64,000 bases of DNA from Candidatus Melainabacteria bacterium 17Bon1m (GCA_032128875.1 JAVLKG010000004.1:192001-256000), one strand, 5' to 3'. Positions 8,564 to 18,691 are shown, numbered from the stretch's first letter. The notes: generated from the sequence alone by a model not told the origin. Numbers and translations: made by a program.

Positions 8564-9703
8564 ATGAAAAAGCTTCGATTGGCAGGTGGGCAGGTCATTA
8601 CCCCTCTTGAGGTGCGCTTTGCGGACATTCTCATTGAGGGCGGTCTGATAACTGCCATTGTGCCGCAAGAGCAAATAACGCCGGCATATGAAAACCTCGA
8701 TGTTTCGGGCCGGCTTGTCACTCCCGGGCTCATAGACTTGCAGTTGAACGGTGGGCCCGCTCTCGATTTTTGGGGCAAACCGACAGAGAAGGAACTGGAA
8801 GAGTTCACGAGAGAACAGGCTGTGGCTGGCGTCACAACATTTTTGCCCACGCTCATCACAGCGGCAATCGATCACCTGGTGGAAAACATCGATTGGCTCA
8901 ATAAACACGGGCTGAATAGCGACCTTTCGCTCGCCAAGGGACTTTCCGCTCGTATGCCGGGCATACACCTGGAAGGGCCATGTCTCTCGCCAAAGCGGCC
9001 AGGAGTTCATCCGCCGGAGCACCTGCAGCCTTTTTCAGTTGATGTTTTAAAGAGGCTGATAATGCCCGGCGTACTGCTAATGACAATGGCGCCAGAGCTA
9101 GATCCGAATGCAGAAGCGCTGCAATATTTGCAGAGCAAAGGTGTCGTCGCGTCTTTGGGACACTCGAATGCGACCCTTCAAGATGCCAGAAAAGCTTTTG
9201 ACGCTGGTGTTGGTATGATGACGCACACTTTCAACGCAATGGCTCCTCTGCACCATCGTGATCCGGGAGCCGCGGGAGCTGCGCTGATGGACGATAGAGT
9301 CAGTTGTTGCCTGATTGCTGACGGCTTGCATTTGGCACCGGAGACGGTGTCATTGATATTGCGTTTAAAAGGTCCCCGTAAATCTATTCTTGTCACCGAC
9401 GCTGCAAAGATAGGCACCACTGGTGGTGGGTTAGTCGGATCATCCATACACCTTGCTGACGCTGTACGCAATTGTGTGCAATGGCAGAGCGCTTCCTTTC
9501 AGAATGCGGTTCGTATGGCCAGTTACAATCCTGCTCGCGCTATGGGGCTGGACGAAAAGGTCGGGCATATCGAAGTGGGCAAATTTGCTGATCTGGTGGT
9601 TTGGAATCCTTGCGACTTTTCAGTTGAGCAAGTGATCGTCGATGGACAAATCCTGGCAACTGACCACAAAACCGTGGGGACCGCCGCAAAGACGGGTAAA
9701 TAA
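8564..9703 (+). CDS. nagA: N-acetylglucosamine-6-phosphate deacetylase
   Basis: PGLIDLQLNG, GIHLEGP, GHSNA, THTFNAM, IADGLH, VTDA, NPARAMG, GKFADLV. Confidence 0.95.
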   Translation: MKKLRLAGGQVITPLEVRFADILIEGGLITAIVPQEQITPAYENLDVSGRLVTPGLIDLQLNGGPALDFWGKPTEKELEEFTREQAVAGVTTFLPTLITAAIDHLVENIDWLNKHGLNSDLSLAKGLSARMPGIHLEGPCLSPKRPGVHPPEHLQPFSVDVLKRLIMPGVLLMTMAPELDPNAEALQYLQSKGVVASLGHSNATLQDARKAFDAGVGMMTHTFNAMAPLHHRDPGAAGAALMDDRVSCCLIADGLHLAPETVSLILRLKGPRKSILVTDAAKIGTTGGGLVGSSIHLADAVRNCVQWQSASFQNAVRMASYNPARAMGLDEKVGHIEVGKFADLVVWNPCDFSVEQVIVDGQILATDHKTVGTAAKTGK

Positions 9704-9724
9704 CCTTCAACCGAGGGTGGTCGA

Positions 9725-11197
9725 GTGAATTTGCTAACCATGAAAGTAACTGCAGGAAAAACTGCGCGGATTGCTTGTCTTTCTTTGACGCTTTTTTTTA
9801 TAAGTCACACGTCAGAAACTGCCGCGTTTGCGCAGTCGAAAGAAATGGATGCGTCGGTGACATCTCTCAACCATGCGAGCCTGAGTCAACCAAAAGAGCA
9901 AGAACAGAAAAAAGCTCCAGTCCATATAAAAGTAGATCCCAATGAGAGTGAATTGATCTTTCACATGCCGGTCCTAAATCCCGGCGATGTTTTCAAACAA
10001 AAGCCAGAACGCTTGGAGGTTTTTCAGCAAGATCACTCGCCTCTCAAAGGTCGAGAAGTGCTGCTGCTTATTCACGGTGGCGGTGGCGAATATCAGAGTA
10101 TGTTCCGCTGGGATAAGGCGCTGGCATACTTTGACGCAGATCAGCAGTTCAAAAAGAAATTCAAAGTCTTTCTTTTGCGTTATGACACGACTGATTCATT
10201 AAACGATGAAATCGATCAGGCTAAAAAACTGATACCTGAACTGGCGAAAGGTGCAGGCAAGCCAATCACGATAATGGCTCTCAGTATGGGTGGTAATGTC
10301 GTTCAGGGTGCAGTTGCTGATCCGGAAGTGGCCGACTGTATTGACCGGGCCATTTGCATGGGCACACCGTTTCACGGTTCTCCTCTATTTTCTGCAGACT
10401 GGTATCAATACAGTTTGCTTCAACATAAATTTGGACCATTTACGCGCATGATGGATGCTGTCGATTACCGGCTCTATTTCAGCAGGCACAAAAACTATCA
10501 AGCTGATTTGAAGTGGGACAACCTGGACGGTGGCATTCCATCGATCGGCTCATTCAAAGGACTGACTCCGATTGGTCCAAAGGGCAATTTGAACCCGGAA
10601 AATGACGCCGGCAATGTGCTTCGCAAAATAAATGAAGGCAATGTCGATAAGGCGAAGATTATTGCTTATGCCGGATATTTAGTCACTCCCGAAGTGCTTT
10701 GCATGACCAAGAAAAGACGTCTGGAATCATATATTCTGGCGCCATATAGATTTTTTACGGTGCGAATGCCCGCGCAATTAGGGAGAGAGCAGCCTGCCCT
10801 GAAGGTCTTGAGCACCAAGATTGGCAAAGTGAAAGCAGCAGATGAAACCGGCTTGAGTACGAGAAAGTTTGCACTCAATGACGGAATTACTCCGATTGCC
10901 AGCGCGCTATTTTTGCCACCGCAAGTAGTGCGAGACTACCCTATTCTTAAAGAGGACGATCTTTCAGGTCTTAGATCGCATCTCGATATTCGTCTTGGTC
11001 GTGTGTTCAGAAACATCGATCACGTAACCTTTGTAGACGGTGTGCCACCACATCGAGGTACTAAGTTCATGAAGGATGAGCTGCATCCCGAAGACGGTAC
11101 ACATACGATTTTCGACTGGATGCTTGACGAGCTTCTTGAGCGCGAACAAGGGTACCGCGACGACGACGAACTGGTTATTACTAGATCTTCGGGATAG
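9725..11197 (+). CDS. Secreted alpha/beta hydrolase (lipase/PGAP1-like)
   Basis: Signal peptide, LLIHG, nucleophile elbow ALSMGG, GTPFHGS, NDG, IDH. Confidence 0.75.
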   Translation: MNLLTMKVTAGKTARIACLSLTLFFISHTSETAAFAQSKEMDASVTSLNHASLSQPKEQEQKKAPVHIKVDPNESELIFHMPVLNPGDVFKQKPERLEVFQQDHSPLKGREVLLLIHGGGGEYQSMFRWDKALAYFDADQQFKKKFKVFLLRYDTTDSLNDEIDQAKKLIPELAKGAGKPITIMALSMGGNVVQGAVADPEVADCIDRAICMGTPFHGSPLFSADWYQYSLLQHKFGPFTRMMDAVDYRLYFSRHKNYQADLKWDNLDGGIPSIGSFKGLTPIGPKGNLNPENDAGNVLRKINEGNVDKAKIIAYAGYLVTPEVLCMTKKRRLESYILAPYRFFTVRMPAQLGREQPALKVLSTKIGKVKAADETGLSTRKFALNDGITPIASALFLPPQVVRDYPILKEDDLSGLRSHLDIRLGRVFRNIDHVTFVDGVPPHRGTKFMKDELHPEDGTHTIFDWMLDELLEREQGYRDDDELVITRSSG

Positions 11198-12110
11198 CGA
11201 TGCTTCGGCGTAATTGCTGCGCTTTTTTCTCTTCTTGAATTGCCAGGTCGTTTTTTCCTGTCTTGCGAAAGACCTTCGCCCGCTTTTCGTGAATGTGAGG
11301 AGACTCGTCGATTTCCATCGTCATGGCTGCGTCATAATCTCTAAGAGCATTCTTGTTGTCGCCCTTGTTGAAATAAATGTCTCCACGTTTGATTAATGCA
11401 TCCGGATCATCCGGATGCACTTTGAGCAAGTTTGTGTAGTCTACAACTGCAAGATCCGGTTTTCCCAAATACACGTACATTTGAGCACGACCGTGGATTG
11501 CTTCATAACTGCCCGGCTTTATCTTAAGCGCCTGGTCGTAGTCTTTTTCGGCTCTGTCGTATTGCTTCAAATTCTCATAGCATTTGGCACGGTGATTGTA
11601 GTACCAATCGCGAATCGGTCGAGCGTACTTAATTGCGTTGGTGAAATCATCGATTGCTTTTGGATATTGCTTCAAGATCTCATAGACGCGACCGCGGTCT
11701 GCATAAGCGCTCTTCGCATCAGGGATGATCTCAATTGCTTTCGAATAGTCCTGTACAGCCTTTTCAAACTGTTTTGTTGAAACATACAAATCGCCGCGGG
11801 CTCGGTACGCCTCAAAATTTCGCGCAGAGAGTTGAAGTGTTTTTCCATAAAATGCTAGCGCGTCTTGTTCTTTGCCCATATCATCATAAATGCGCGCTTT
11901 CTCCAAATAGAGAGCTCCATTTTGGGGATCCTTGGCAATCGCCTTTTCGATCATTTGCAAAGCCGGCTCAAGACGCTCATACTGGCGCATTTTTCGTGCT
12001 CCTTCCAGCAATTCTGTTGCGTTCGAATCCGCCCTTGCCGATATTGCATAGGTAAGCGCCAAAATTATCAAAAGCATTGAAAGGTTTGCACAGCGTTTTT
12101 TGCACAACAT
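11181..12110 (-). CDS. Secreted tetratricopeptide repeat protein
   Basis: About 8 TPR units (AYRARGDLY..AVQDYSKAI); signal peptide; start probably ATG 12110. Confidence 0.9.
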   Translation of the reverse strand: MLCKKRCANLSMLLIILALTYAISARADSNATELLEGARKMRQYERLEPALQMIEKAIAKDPQNGALYLEKARIYDDMGKEQDALAFYGKTLQLSARNFEAYRARGDLYVSTKQFEKAVQDYSKAIEIIPDAKSAYADRGRVYEILKQYPKAIDDFTNAIKYARPIRDWYYNHRAKCYENLKQYDRAEKDYDQALKIKPGSYEAIHGRAQMYVYLGKPDLAVVDYTNLLKVHPDDPDALIKRGDIYFNKGDNKNALRDYDAAMTMEIDESPHIHEKRAKVFRKTGKNDLAIQEEKKAQQLRRSIAIPKI

Positions 12111-12205
12111 TTGAATACTCTTGCTGATAACTGAAAGAAGGGGCAAAGGTATTACACCACGTTTTACAGCTATACTTCTTAGAAAATTGGAGCGGGGCTC
12201 GAGAG

Positions 12206-12739
12206 ATGTTTTCCAGATTGCAGATAAGTTCAATTCAGGCGCTCGATTCTGCTCAGTCAGTCAAAGGTCTTCAGAAGTTTGCCGCCGGTTTTGCAGCTGT
12301 GTTGTTGCTTACTTCCTGCCAGCAAATATCGGTTCCGAGAGTCAGTTCGAGCGTCGGTAATGTCGAAGAGGTCTGCACGGATTTCGTCACTCACTACTTA
12401 GATAACGACGCAAAAACGTATGAGACATCTCAAAAGGTTCTGAGACAAGTTGCATCGCCTGGTTGCATTCAAAGTATGCAAAAGGATGGCGTTTTAGCTA
12501 AAAACCTAAAAGAGCTGAAGGCTAGAGTCATCAAATTTTCCAAGAACAAGACACCGGATACTGTTGATGTAAAACAAGTGATGCAGGCAGATGTGACGGC
12601 AAACGGATTGATTCCTGTCACTGTTAGAGGCGAAGTGCGGAAGGCGGCAGGCAAAACGGTGTCTTTCGCTTACAAATTGCTATTAGGCGTGCGAAAAGAC
12701 AATGGCAAGCTGGCTGTTGTGACCATCACAAAACAGTAG
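12206..12739 (+). CDS. Hypothetical lipoprotein
   Basis: Hydrophobic stretch ending in lipobox LLLTSC; followed by a terminator; start uncertain. Confidence 0.7.
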   Translation: MFSRLQISSIQALDSAQSVKGLQKFAAGFAAVLLLTSCQQISVPRVSSSVGNVEEVCTDFVTHYLDNDAKTYETSQKVLRQVASPGCIQSMQKDGVLAKNLKELKARVIKFSKNKTPDTVDVKQVMQADVTANGLIPVTVRGEVRKAAGKTVSFAYKLLLGVRKDNGKLAVVTITKQ

Positions 12740-12747
12740 GTACTTAT

Positions 12748-12768
12748 ACCGCTTACTGGCGGTTTTTT
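12748..12768 (+). terminator. Intrinsic terminator
   Basis: ACCGC-TTACTG-GCGGT followed by a T-run. Confidence 0.6.
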
Positions 12769-13789
12769 ACAGCTTCTTTCCCATCACGGTACCCTCACCG
12801 TGCAAGTTGTTTTCCGCTGTTTTCAAACCGGTCATATCGGTAAGCCAACTGGTCACATCGTTCATCACATCGTCTTTGATGTAGGGTGTCTCGAAATGAA
12901 TGTGTCCGCGATTTTTGAGGACTATCAAACGTGCACTCGGAGAGGGAATGCGCTTCATCAACTCTTTGGCTGCCGATGCTTTGTAGAGCTTGTCGTTCTC
13001 TCCAACGATGCACAAGATGTGCATGTCGGATGGAATCTGGTCGACATACATCAAACTGGATTTGTTGACGTGCATGCTCTGCATCGACTCCCAGAAAGTC
13101 ATCGTTTTGCGATTGCCTGGATCTTTGATGTAGCCTTCAGTTACCTTAGGGTCTTCAGACAAGAAACGCTTCGCATAAGGCTCGAGCGGAATATTGCGTT
13201 TCATATTGACCCAGAATTTTGCGAAATCGGCGACGAGCGTTGGACTCAAACCCGATCTTCTACTGCTGCAAGGGCTGGCAATGACAATTCCGTCGATCAG
13301 ATTCGGATGGACGCTGGCAATCCAAAGAGAAAGATTGGCGCCCAGGCTCTCTCCCATCATATAGATTGGAACATTTGGTCTTTGCTCGCGCAAGGCGAGA
13401 ATCAGCCCGACAATGTCTTCGCGACTGCGGTAGAAGGCAATTTCTCCATCCGGAACAGTCTTGCCCTGGTCGGCAACCCATCTGCCAAAACCTCGCAAAT
13501 CAGGCGCATAGGTCTCGTATCCTTGAGCGGCCAGTTTGCGCGCCATCGGATCAAAGGCGCCTCCATGGAGAGTTGCTCCGTGGATAGCAACGATTAGCCC
13601 ATGAAGTGGCTTGTCTTTGTCGACCCAATGGTAGACAGGTTGCTTGATGTCTTTGGCGATTTTAGGTTCGTCTTCACGAATAACCTCAGCCGATGCGCCT
13701 AAGAAGCAAGTTGGCAAGAACACCATGGTCTGACAGACCAGAAAGCATGCCGTTTTAATTGGTAATGGTTTTTTCCGCACAGACGCCAT
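12767..13789 (-). CDS. Alpha/beta hydrolase (lysophospholipase / Hydrolase_4 family), signal peptide
   Basis: AIHG, DLRGFG, GESLG nucleophile, GEND, RGH; start probably ATG 13789. Confidence 0.88.
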   Translation of the reverse strand: MASVRKKPLPIKTACFLVCQTMVFLPTCFLGASAEVIREDEPKIAKDIKQPVYHWVDKDKPLHGLIVAIHGATLHGGAFDPMARKLAAQGYETYAPDLRGFGRWVADQGKTVPDGEIAFYRSREDIVGLILALREQRPNVPIYMMGESLGANLSLWIASVHPNLIDGIVIASPCSSRRSGLSPTLVADFAKFWVNMKRNIPLEPYAKRFLSEDPKVTEGYIKDPGNRKTMTFWESMQSMHVNKSSLMYVDQIPSDMHILCIVGENDKLYKASAAKELMKRIPSPSARLIVLKNRGHIHFETPYIKDDVMNDVTSWLTDMTGLKTAENNLHGEGTVMGKKL

Positions 13790-13967
13790 CTCTCGATTAC
13801 ACCAGATTCCATAGGAGCATTGTGCCCAAAACAACTTCCTTTAAGATGAGAATAGTAGATGGCTGCGAAGATGCCGCCACCTGGCTATTTGTTCCCGCTT
13901 TAGGCGCGTTACACTAGTAGTAGAAGAACCCCTTACAACCTCCCAAGCCGATAAATTCGGACCAGAA

Positions 13968-15038
13968 ATGGCGGTGATTGAGATGCAAAGAGACGATTTG
14001 CGGACGTATTGGAAGCCCTTACTAGAAAAGATGACTCTGGTTGCTCTGTCTATTACCTTACTCAGTCCTCCGGCTTTGGCTCAGGGGATAAGCGAGTATG
14101 GCGGTTTGATGGGGATGCCGAGAAACGTACCTTCCGGGCACCAAGGCGCCCTGACCAACCTTTACGGGGCCGGCAGCCTGACGAATATCACGGGCGGTCA
14201 AGCAGCTGGAGCCGGTGGATTGCCGGTTGTGGGTGACAGTCGAGTGATAGCGAAAAACATTGCCGACAAGGCAAACCACTATTTTGCCGAAGCTCAGAAA
14301 AGAGAGAAAGCTGGCAAACTGGCTGAAGCTGAGGCTTGGTACCGCGGCTCTGCTCAACTGCGTGAGCAGGTTTGGGGCACCAAAGATCCGGCGGTTTTTG
14401 TCATCTATGGAAAGATAGGAGCGCTCTGCACGAAACAAAACAAACTGCCCGAAGCGGAAGCCGCTTACAGAAGGCAGATTGCTTGCGCCGTTCGCCTCTA
14501 CGGCGCAGGTGCATACGAGATGTGCCCAAGCCTTGCCCATGTGGCGGAAGCCTGCGTTGCACAGAACAAAATGCCTGATGCCATCAATGCTTATCGGCAG
14601 ATCTATCAGCTCAAGAAGAGAAAATTGGGAGATACCAATTCAGAAACGCTGGGCGCAATGCTGAAGTTGGCTTCGACTCTGAAGCAGAACGGTAACAATG
14701 CGGAAGCCGATGCGATGGCCGCAGAAGGTGCAAAATTGGCTCAAGCATCACCAGAAAACGCGCTTCTCGTGCAGGCTTTCAATGAAGTGGTTAATCCTCC
14801 TAAGCCTGGTGCCGCTGCACCGGCTACAGATGCGGGACTATCTGCCGGAGCTGGTGCTGGAGTTGGACCCGCCCCCGCCCCTGCGACCACTGCTGGGTCG
14901 CCTTCGCCGAGTAGTAATTCTGCTCCTGGCGCCAGTCCGAATGGTTCTTCGGGAACGGCTCCGGCCGCTGGATCTGCAGCAGACAAAGGAATTGAAAAAC
15001 CATCAGAGGCCAAGACGGAAGCAAAGCCGACTAGGTAG
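13968..15038 (+). CDS. Secreted TPR protein with Ala/Pro/Ser-rich tail
   Basis: Kinesin-light-chain-type TPRs (AEAEAWYR, PEAEAAYRR); signal peptide PPALA-Q; start uncertain. Confidence 0.82.
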   Translation: MAVIEMQRDDLRTYWKPLLEKMTLVALSITLLSPPALAQGISEYGGLMGMPRNVPSGHQGALTNLYGAGSLTNITGGQAAGAGGLPVVGDSRVIAKNIADKANHYFAEAQKREKAGKLAEAEAWYRGSAQLREQVWGTKDPAVFVIYGKIGALCTKQNKLPEAEAAYRRQIACAVRLYGAGAYEMCPSLAHVAEACVAQNKMPDAINAYRQIYQLKKRKLGDTNSETLGAMLKLASTLKQNGNNAEADAMAAEGAKLAQASPENALLVQAFNEVVNPPKPGAAAPATDAGLSAGAGAGVGPAPAPATTAGSPSPSSNSAPGASPNGSSGTAPAAGSAADKGIEKPSEAKTEAKPTR

Positions 15039-15319
15039 CGAAAAACCGCATGGTTGAGCGCATTTGCAGGTGCGTGCAGTGAGGCAAAGAGTCTGTTAAA
15101 AACGGACCCTTTGTTGCTTTCCTCTTGTAAACGCTTTTCGACTCAAACGTATATCGAATCGGATCCAATCACCCGCAAACCGCATGGTCTCCCATTTGTG
15201 TCTGAGGAAACAAAATTGCACCGCGGGATGTCAGTAGTGTTATTCAACCTTTCATTTGGGTACATTAAAAACAAGAGGGCGATTGGTTCTAGCACCGTTA
15301 GGTGCTTTGGGCGGTAGTT

Positions 15320-15880
15320 ATGCGTACAAAAAATTCTTTCCCGACAAAGGTTTCCCTGATAGCCCTCACCGCAACCTTGTTGGTATCACCAGCGATGGCG
15401 GCCGGTAATGTGCTGGAAGACAGTGTCTTTTCGACAGTCATGGTTGAAGCTTCTCCGCAGCAAGTCTATGAAGCGATTAAGATGCAACGGCAGGTAGATC
15501 CAGCGCGCAAGCAGGTTTCCTACATTGGCGCCGAGGCAGTTATTGACGAAAATTTCTCTGGGCTGCCTGTGATTGGCAGTGCCAAATGCATGTACAAAGA
15601 AATAGAAAGTTCTCCACGTAGCATCGAATATCGTCTGATGAGCTCAGACAAGTTCAAGCGTTTTGAAGGCTGCTGGACTCTCACTCCAGTCGAAGGTGGA
15701 AAGAAGACGGAGCTGAAGCTTTCCACTTATTTGGAGACCGGCGTTCATGTTCCCTTCGCCAGGCAGATAACAAACAATTCTGTGAAAAAGGACGTCTTGC
15801 GCCGCCTTGGACGTGTCAAAGTTCTAGCCGAAGCAACAACTGTCGGAATGAATCTCACTCACCTCAAAGCCACTAATTAA
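15320..15880 (+). CDS. SRPBCC (polyketide cyclase/START-like) protein with signal peptide
   Basis: VEASPQQVYEAI, DKFKRFEGCWTLTPV; signal SPAMA-A. Confidence 0.8.
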   Translation: MRTKNSFPTKVSLIALTATLLVSPAMAAGNVLEDSVFSTVMVEASPQQVYEAIKMQRQVDPARKQVSYIGAEAVIDENFSGLPVIGSAKCMYKEIESSPRSIEYRLMSSDKFKRFEGCWTLTPVEGGKKTELKLSTYLETGVHVPFARQITNNSVKKDVLRRLGRVKVLAEATTVGMNLTHLKATN

Positions 15881-15903
15881 GTGGTTTAGGCAAAGCTTTC
15901 AGA

Positions 15904-16380
15904 CTAGCCCCAGACAAACCAGGATCTGATCGTTCCCCAAATGGTTGGCTTTTGTTGGCGCAGTCCATCGACTTTGATGTTGCCTTCCGATATCCGGCGT
16001 TTTCCGCCAATCACAATCTCGTAGTAGAGAGGTTTATTGTTTTTTTGCGGATCGACTTCGGTGCGCAGCAAAATGTAATTGATGATGTTGTCGCGCTTCC
16101 AATAAGACAATTTCAGCGTCTTTGCTTCGCCGCCATCCTTGGGATTGCCGACTGACCATGAGGGTGCAACTGCCTTTGGATTGTCCGGGTCGTCAAAAGT
16201 GCTGTTAAAGATTGGATGCCCCCACTCTTTTCCGATTTCGCTAACCAGTGACTCGAATTTGCCTTCAAAGGTCTGTTTGACGTTGGAAACATGGGGAGAG
16301 GCACTCTCGACCACGTGCTCACGAACGCTAACGGAAGGATCCTTCAACAAAGCTTCCATTAGAGTGACGGTCTTAGACAT
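15904..16380 (-). CDS. Hypothetical protein
   Basis: GAGGA RBS; 158-aa ORF; amphipathic C-terminus TIWGTIRSWF. Confidence 0.75.
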   Translation of the reverse strand: MSKTVTLMEALLKDPSVSVREHVVESASPHVSNVKQTFEGKFESLVSEIGKEWGHPIFNSTFDDPDNPKAVAPSWSVGNPKDGGEAKTLKLSYWKRDNIINYILLRTEVDPQKNNKPLYYEIVIGGKRRISEGNIKVDGLRQQKPTIWGTIRSWFVWG

Positions 16381-16547
16381 AGATCCTCACGCCGCAGTGT
16401 AATTAGGCGGCAGTTAGTGCTGTGTAGTAAGTCTGACCGGGATGCCAGGATTTTATATTCCCATTTTAGCAGCGCAACCAACCGAATTAGAGTCGGGGTG
16501 CCCCCAAAATTTCCTGGCGGACAAAACCCGACCAGAAGGTAACTGCA

Positions 16548-18008
16548 TTAGCCTTGATGCATTTTTTTCTGGCTGGCTGTAACAGCGGCTGATTTTTCTT
16601 TTGAGCGGCTTACCAACCAGTTTGAGATCGATGACACTACCTGTGGTTTTACAAACGACGTTCCGAGCAGAACGTGTCCACACTCTGGAAGGTAGACGAT
16701 AGTTTTGTTTTTCACATGCAGGTTTTTGTAAATCGTCTTGATTGTTTTAGGAGAAACAATTCGATCTTCTTCGCCTTGGATTATGAGAACAGAGATGTGG
16801 TCGGCGAGTTTGCCTGCAAATTTTGGAGTCGTGCTGATGAAATATCCAGTTTGCAGAACTTCTTTGCCGGTAAGTTCAGTTCTGGAGAGCGGGTCGTCGA
16901 CCATCTCTTTGCTCACACGATTGTCGTCGGAGGAGTAGCGCTTGATGTAGCGAGTAACATCCATCAGCCGGTCCAAGTGAGTGATGCCTTTGGCAAAATC
17001 TTTAGCGACCATGACCGGGTTGAAAGTGCATGGCTTGCTGCCCGGGCTTACCAAAACCAGTCCGTCGACCAATCCGGGATTGGCGCTGCCGGCGCGAACA
17101 GATACAGCTCCTCCGATACTCTCGCCGATGCAGAAGAGCGGCAAGGTCGGGTATTTGACACGAATATGAGTGAGAAGCACAATCAAATCATTGGTGCTGC
17201 GACTGTAATTGACATGATCGCCTTCATCGAAATTTGTCTGATTGTGATACCACCGGCCGTGCCCACGCATATCGTAGGCAATTACTTTGAAGCCGAGGCT
17301 GGAAAGATGGTTTGCGAAAAGCTCGAAGCTGCCTGAATGTTGAGTGGTGCCGTGGACCATGACCACTACACCTCGTGCAGGCATCATTGGATTTACCCAC
17401 TCGCGAACCGGCAATTTTAGTGCATCGAACTGCGGTCCAATCTTTCCAAAAGACGTATCTAAAAGTCCGCCGACTCTAGTTGTTTTCTGACCAACTGCCG
17501 GTCTTACAAAAAGCGATTCGTGCCCGGTTTGAGTCTCTTTGTTTTGATCTCTGGAGACGACTTCACCGGTCGAAGGTGAAATTGATTCGAGCATCTGCCA
17601 ACGAGGAGCGTCGACGGGATCTTTGTCGGCTTCGTTTGCAAAAGGCAGGGTGCCTGTAATTTTCAGCCGTGCCACCGGGTTTTCAGAATCGACCGGTTGC
17701 AGGCGAAGAACAGCAGCCGCGAGCTTTACGCTGTCTTGATTCTTGCCGTCATGTTTGCCTTGCAATTTGCCGTCAATAACCGAGATCGGTTCCTTATTCA
17801 CGACTGCCAATTTCGGGCTGATGTCGGAAAGCATTCTGTCTGCAACAAGGCTTGTATTTTGTTTTTTCTGTTTTTGCTTTTGCTTCGGCTTATGACCTTG
17901 CTTAGCATTTTGCTTCTGCTTTGCGTCTGCAGGCAGAGTGCTGAACGAGGCACCGCATAACACGCAGAGACTCAACATTATTGAAATAGCTGATGTTGCC
18001 GCTTTCAC
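16548..18008 (-). CDS. Alpha/beta hydrolase (lysophospholipase family) with long N-terminal extension
   Basis: MVHG, DMRGHG, GESIG, GEED, CGH; signal peptide and K/Q-rich region; paralog of 12767-13789. Confidence 0.88.
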   Translation of the reverse strand: MKAATSAISIMLSLCVLCGASFSTLPADAKQKQNAKQGHKPKQKQKQKKQNTSLVADRMLSDISPKLAVVNKEPISVIDGKLQGKHDGKNQDSVKLAAAVLRLQPVDSENPVARLKITGTLPFANEADKDPVDAPRWQMLESISPSTGEVVSRDQNKETQTGHESLFVRPAVGQKTTRVGGLLDTSFGKIGPQFDALKLPVREWVNPMMPARGVVVMVHGTTQHSGSFELFANHLSSLGFKVIAYDMRGHGRWYHNQTNFDEGDHVNYSRSTNDLIVLLTHIRVKYPTLPLFCIGESIGGAVSVRAGSANPGLVDGLVLVSPGSKPCTFNPVMVAKDFAKGITHLDRLMDVTRYIKRYSSDDNRVSKEMVDDPLSRTELTGKEVLQTGYFISTTPKFAGKLADHISVLIIQGEEDRIVSPKTIKTIYKNLHVKNKTIVYLPECGHVLLGTSFVKPQVVSSISNWLVSRSKEKSAAVTASQKKMHQG

Positions 18009-18370
18009 TGGCGCCCCAAAAGATCATTTCCTTCCAGACTCATTTACTTGTTTGGTGTACAAACCGTTTTAAGTGAGTGTGGAGCTGATTTGAAATCATC
18101 ACTTGACTTGCTGTTGTCGCATAGCCGGTCAATATCATTGCACAAAAGGAAGCCGTTCCCAGTGTCATTAAAGATCTTGAAAACTGCCGCTGCGATAGCC
18201 ACGGCGCCGTTTTTCATGCCGGGCGCAGGGATGAGACAAAATCCCCATATATAAGATAGATAGATTAAATCTAATGTTCTATAAGTCTAGCGTTACAGGT
18301 TTATAGGCTACCCGTCGCGACTGTAGTTCGATTCCCCGCCATACTGGCTTAAATCCCGGAGGTGTGGCGT

Positions 18371-18691
18371 ATGTATGCAGTAGGCGGCGAAAAACCGAAG
18401 GCGGGCTCGACAGCCTTTACGAAGGCGAGCGTTCAGTCCAGTACTTTAGGCAATGAACATACAGCCATCTGGCTTAAATCCTGCGACAGCCCAGCCCGTT
18501 TCTATTTAGACCGTCTCGAAGGCAAGCCTCTGAACCATAATGTTGAACTTCCCGCCGTGAGAAGCAAGGGCAAACACACTCCCTCTCGCCTTCGCCGCAT
18601 GCAAAAGCCGCGCGGGATTCGCTCCGGATTTACCGATTGCATACGCTGGCTGCTTGCTTGGCGCTTGCTGGGACCGATTTTCGCCTTTTAG
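18371..18691 (+). CDS. Small basic hypothetical protein
   Basis: GGAGG at 18358-18362, 8 nt before ATG 18371; sits in an otherwise empty 870-bp gap; hydrophobic C-terminus. Confidence 0.5.
   Translation: MYAVGGEKPKAGSTAFTKASVQSSTLGNEHTAIWLKSCDSPARFYLDRLEGKPLNHNVELPAVRSKGKHTPSRLRRMQKPRGIRSGFTDCIRWLLAWRLLGPIFAF

Noticed and set aside
8486-9022. N-terminal extension of the 355-aa ORF 7955-9022
   Set aside because: Mostly antisense to nagA; only the coiled-coil part from about 8485 looks coding.
12800-13597. Long antisense ORFs (also 16674-17336, 22649-23215, 51943-52626, 1503-2072)
   Set aside because: They lie opposite well-supported genes and have no motifs or RBS.
18321-18345. GTTCGATTCCCC resembling a tRNA/tmRNA T-loop
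   Set aside because: The flanks (TGTAG / CCCCG) do not form a T-stem, and no acceptor stem, anticodon arm or CCA is present.
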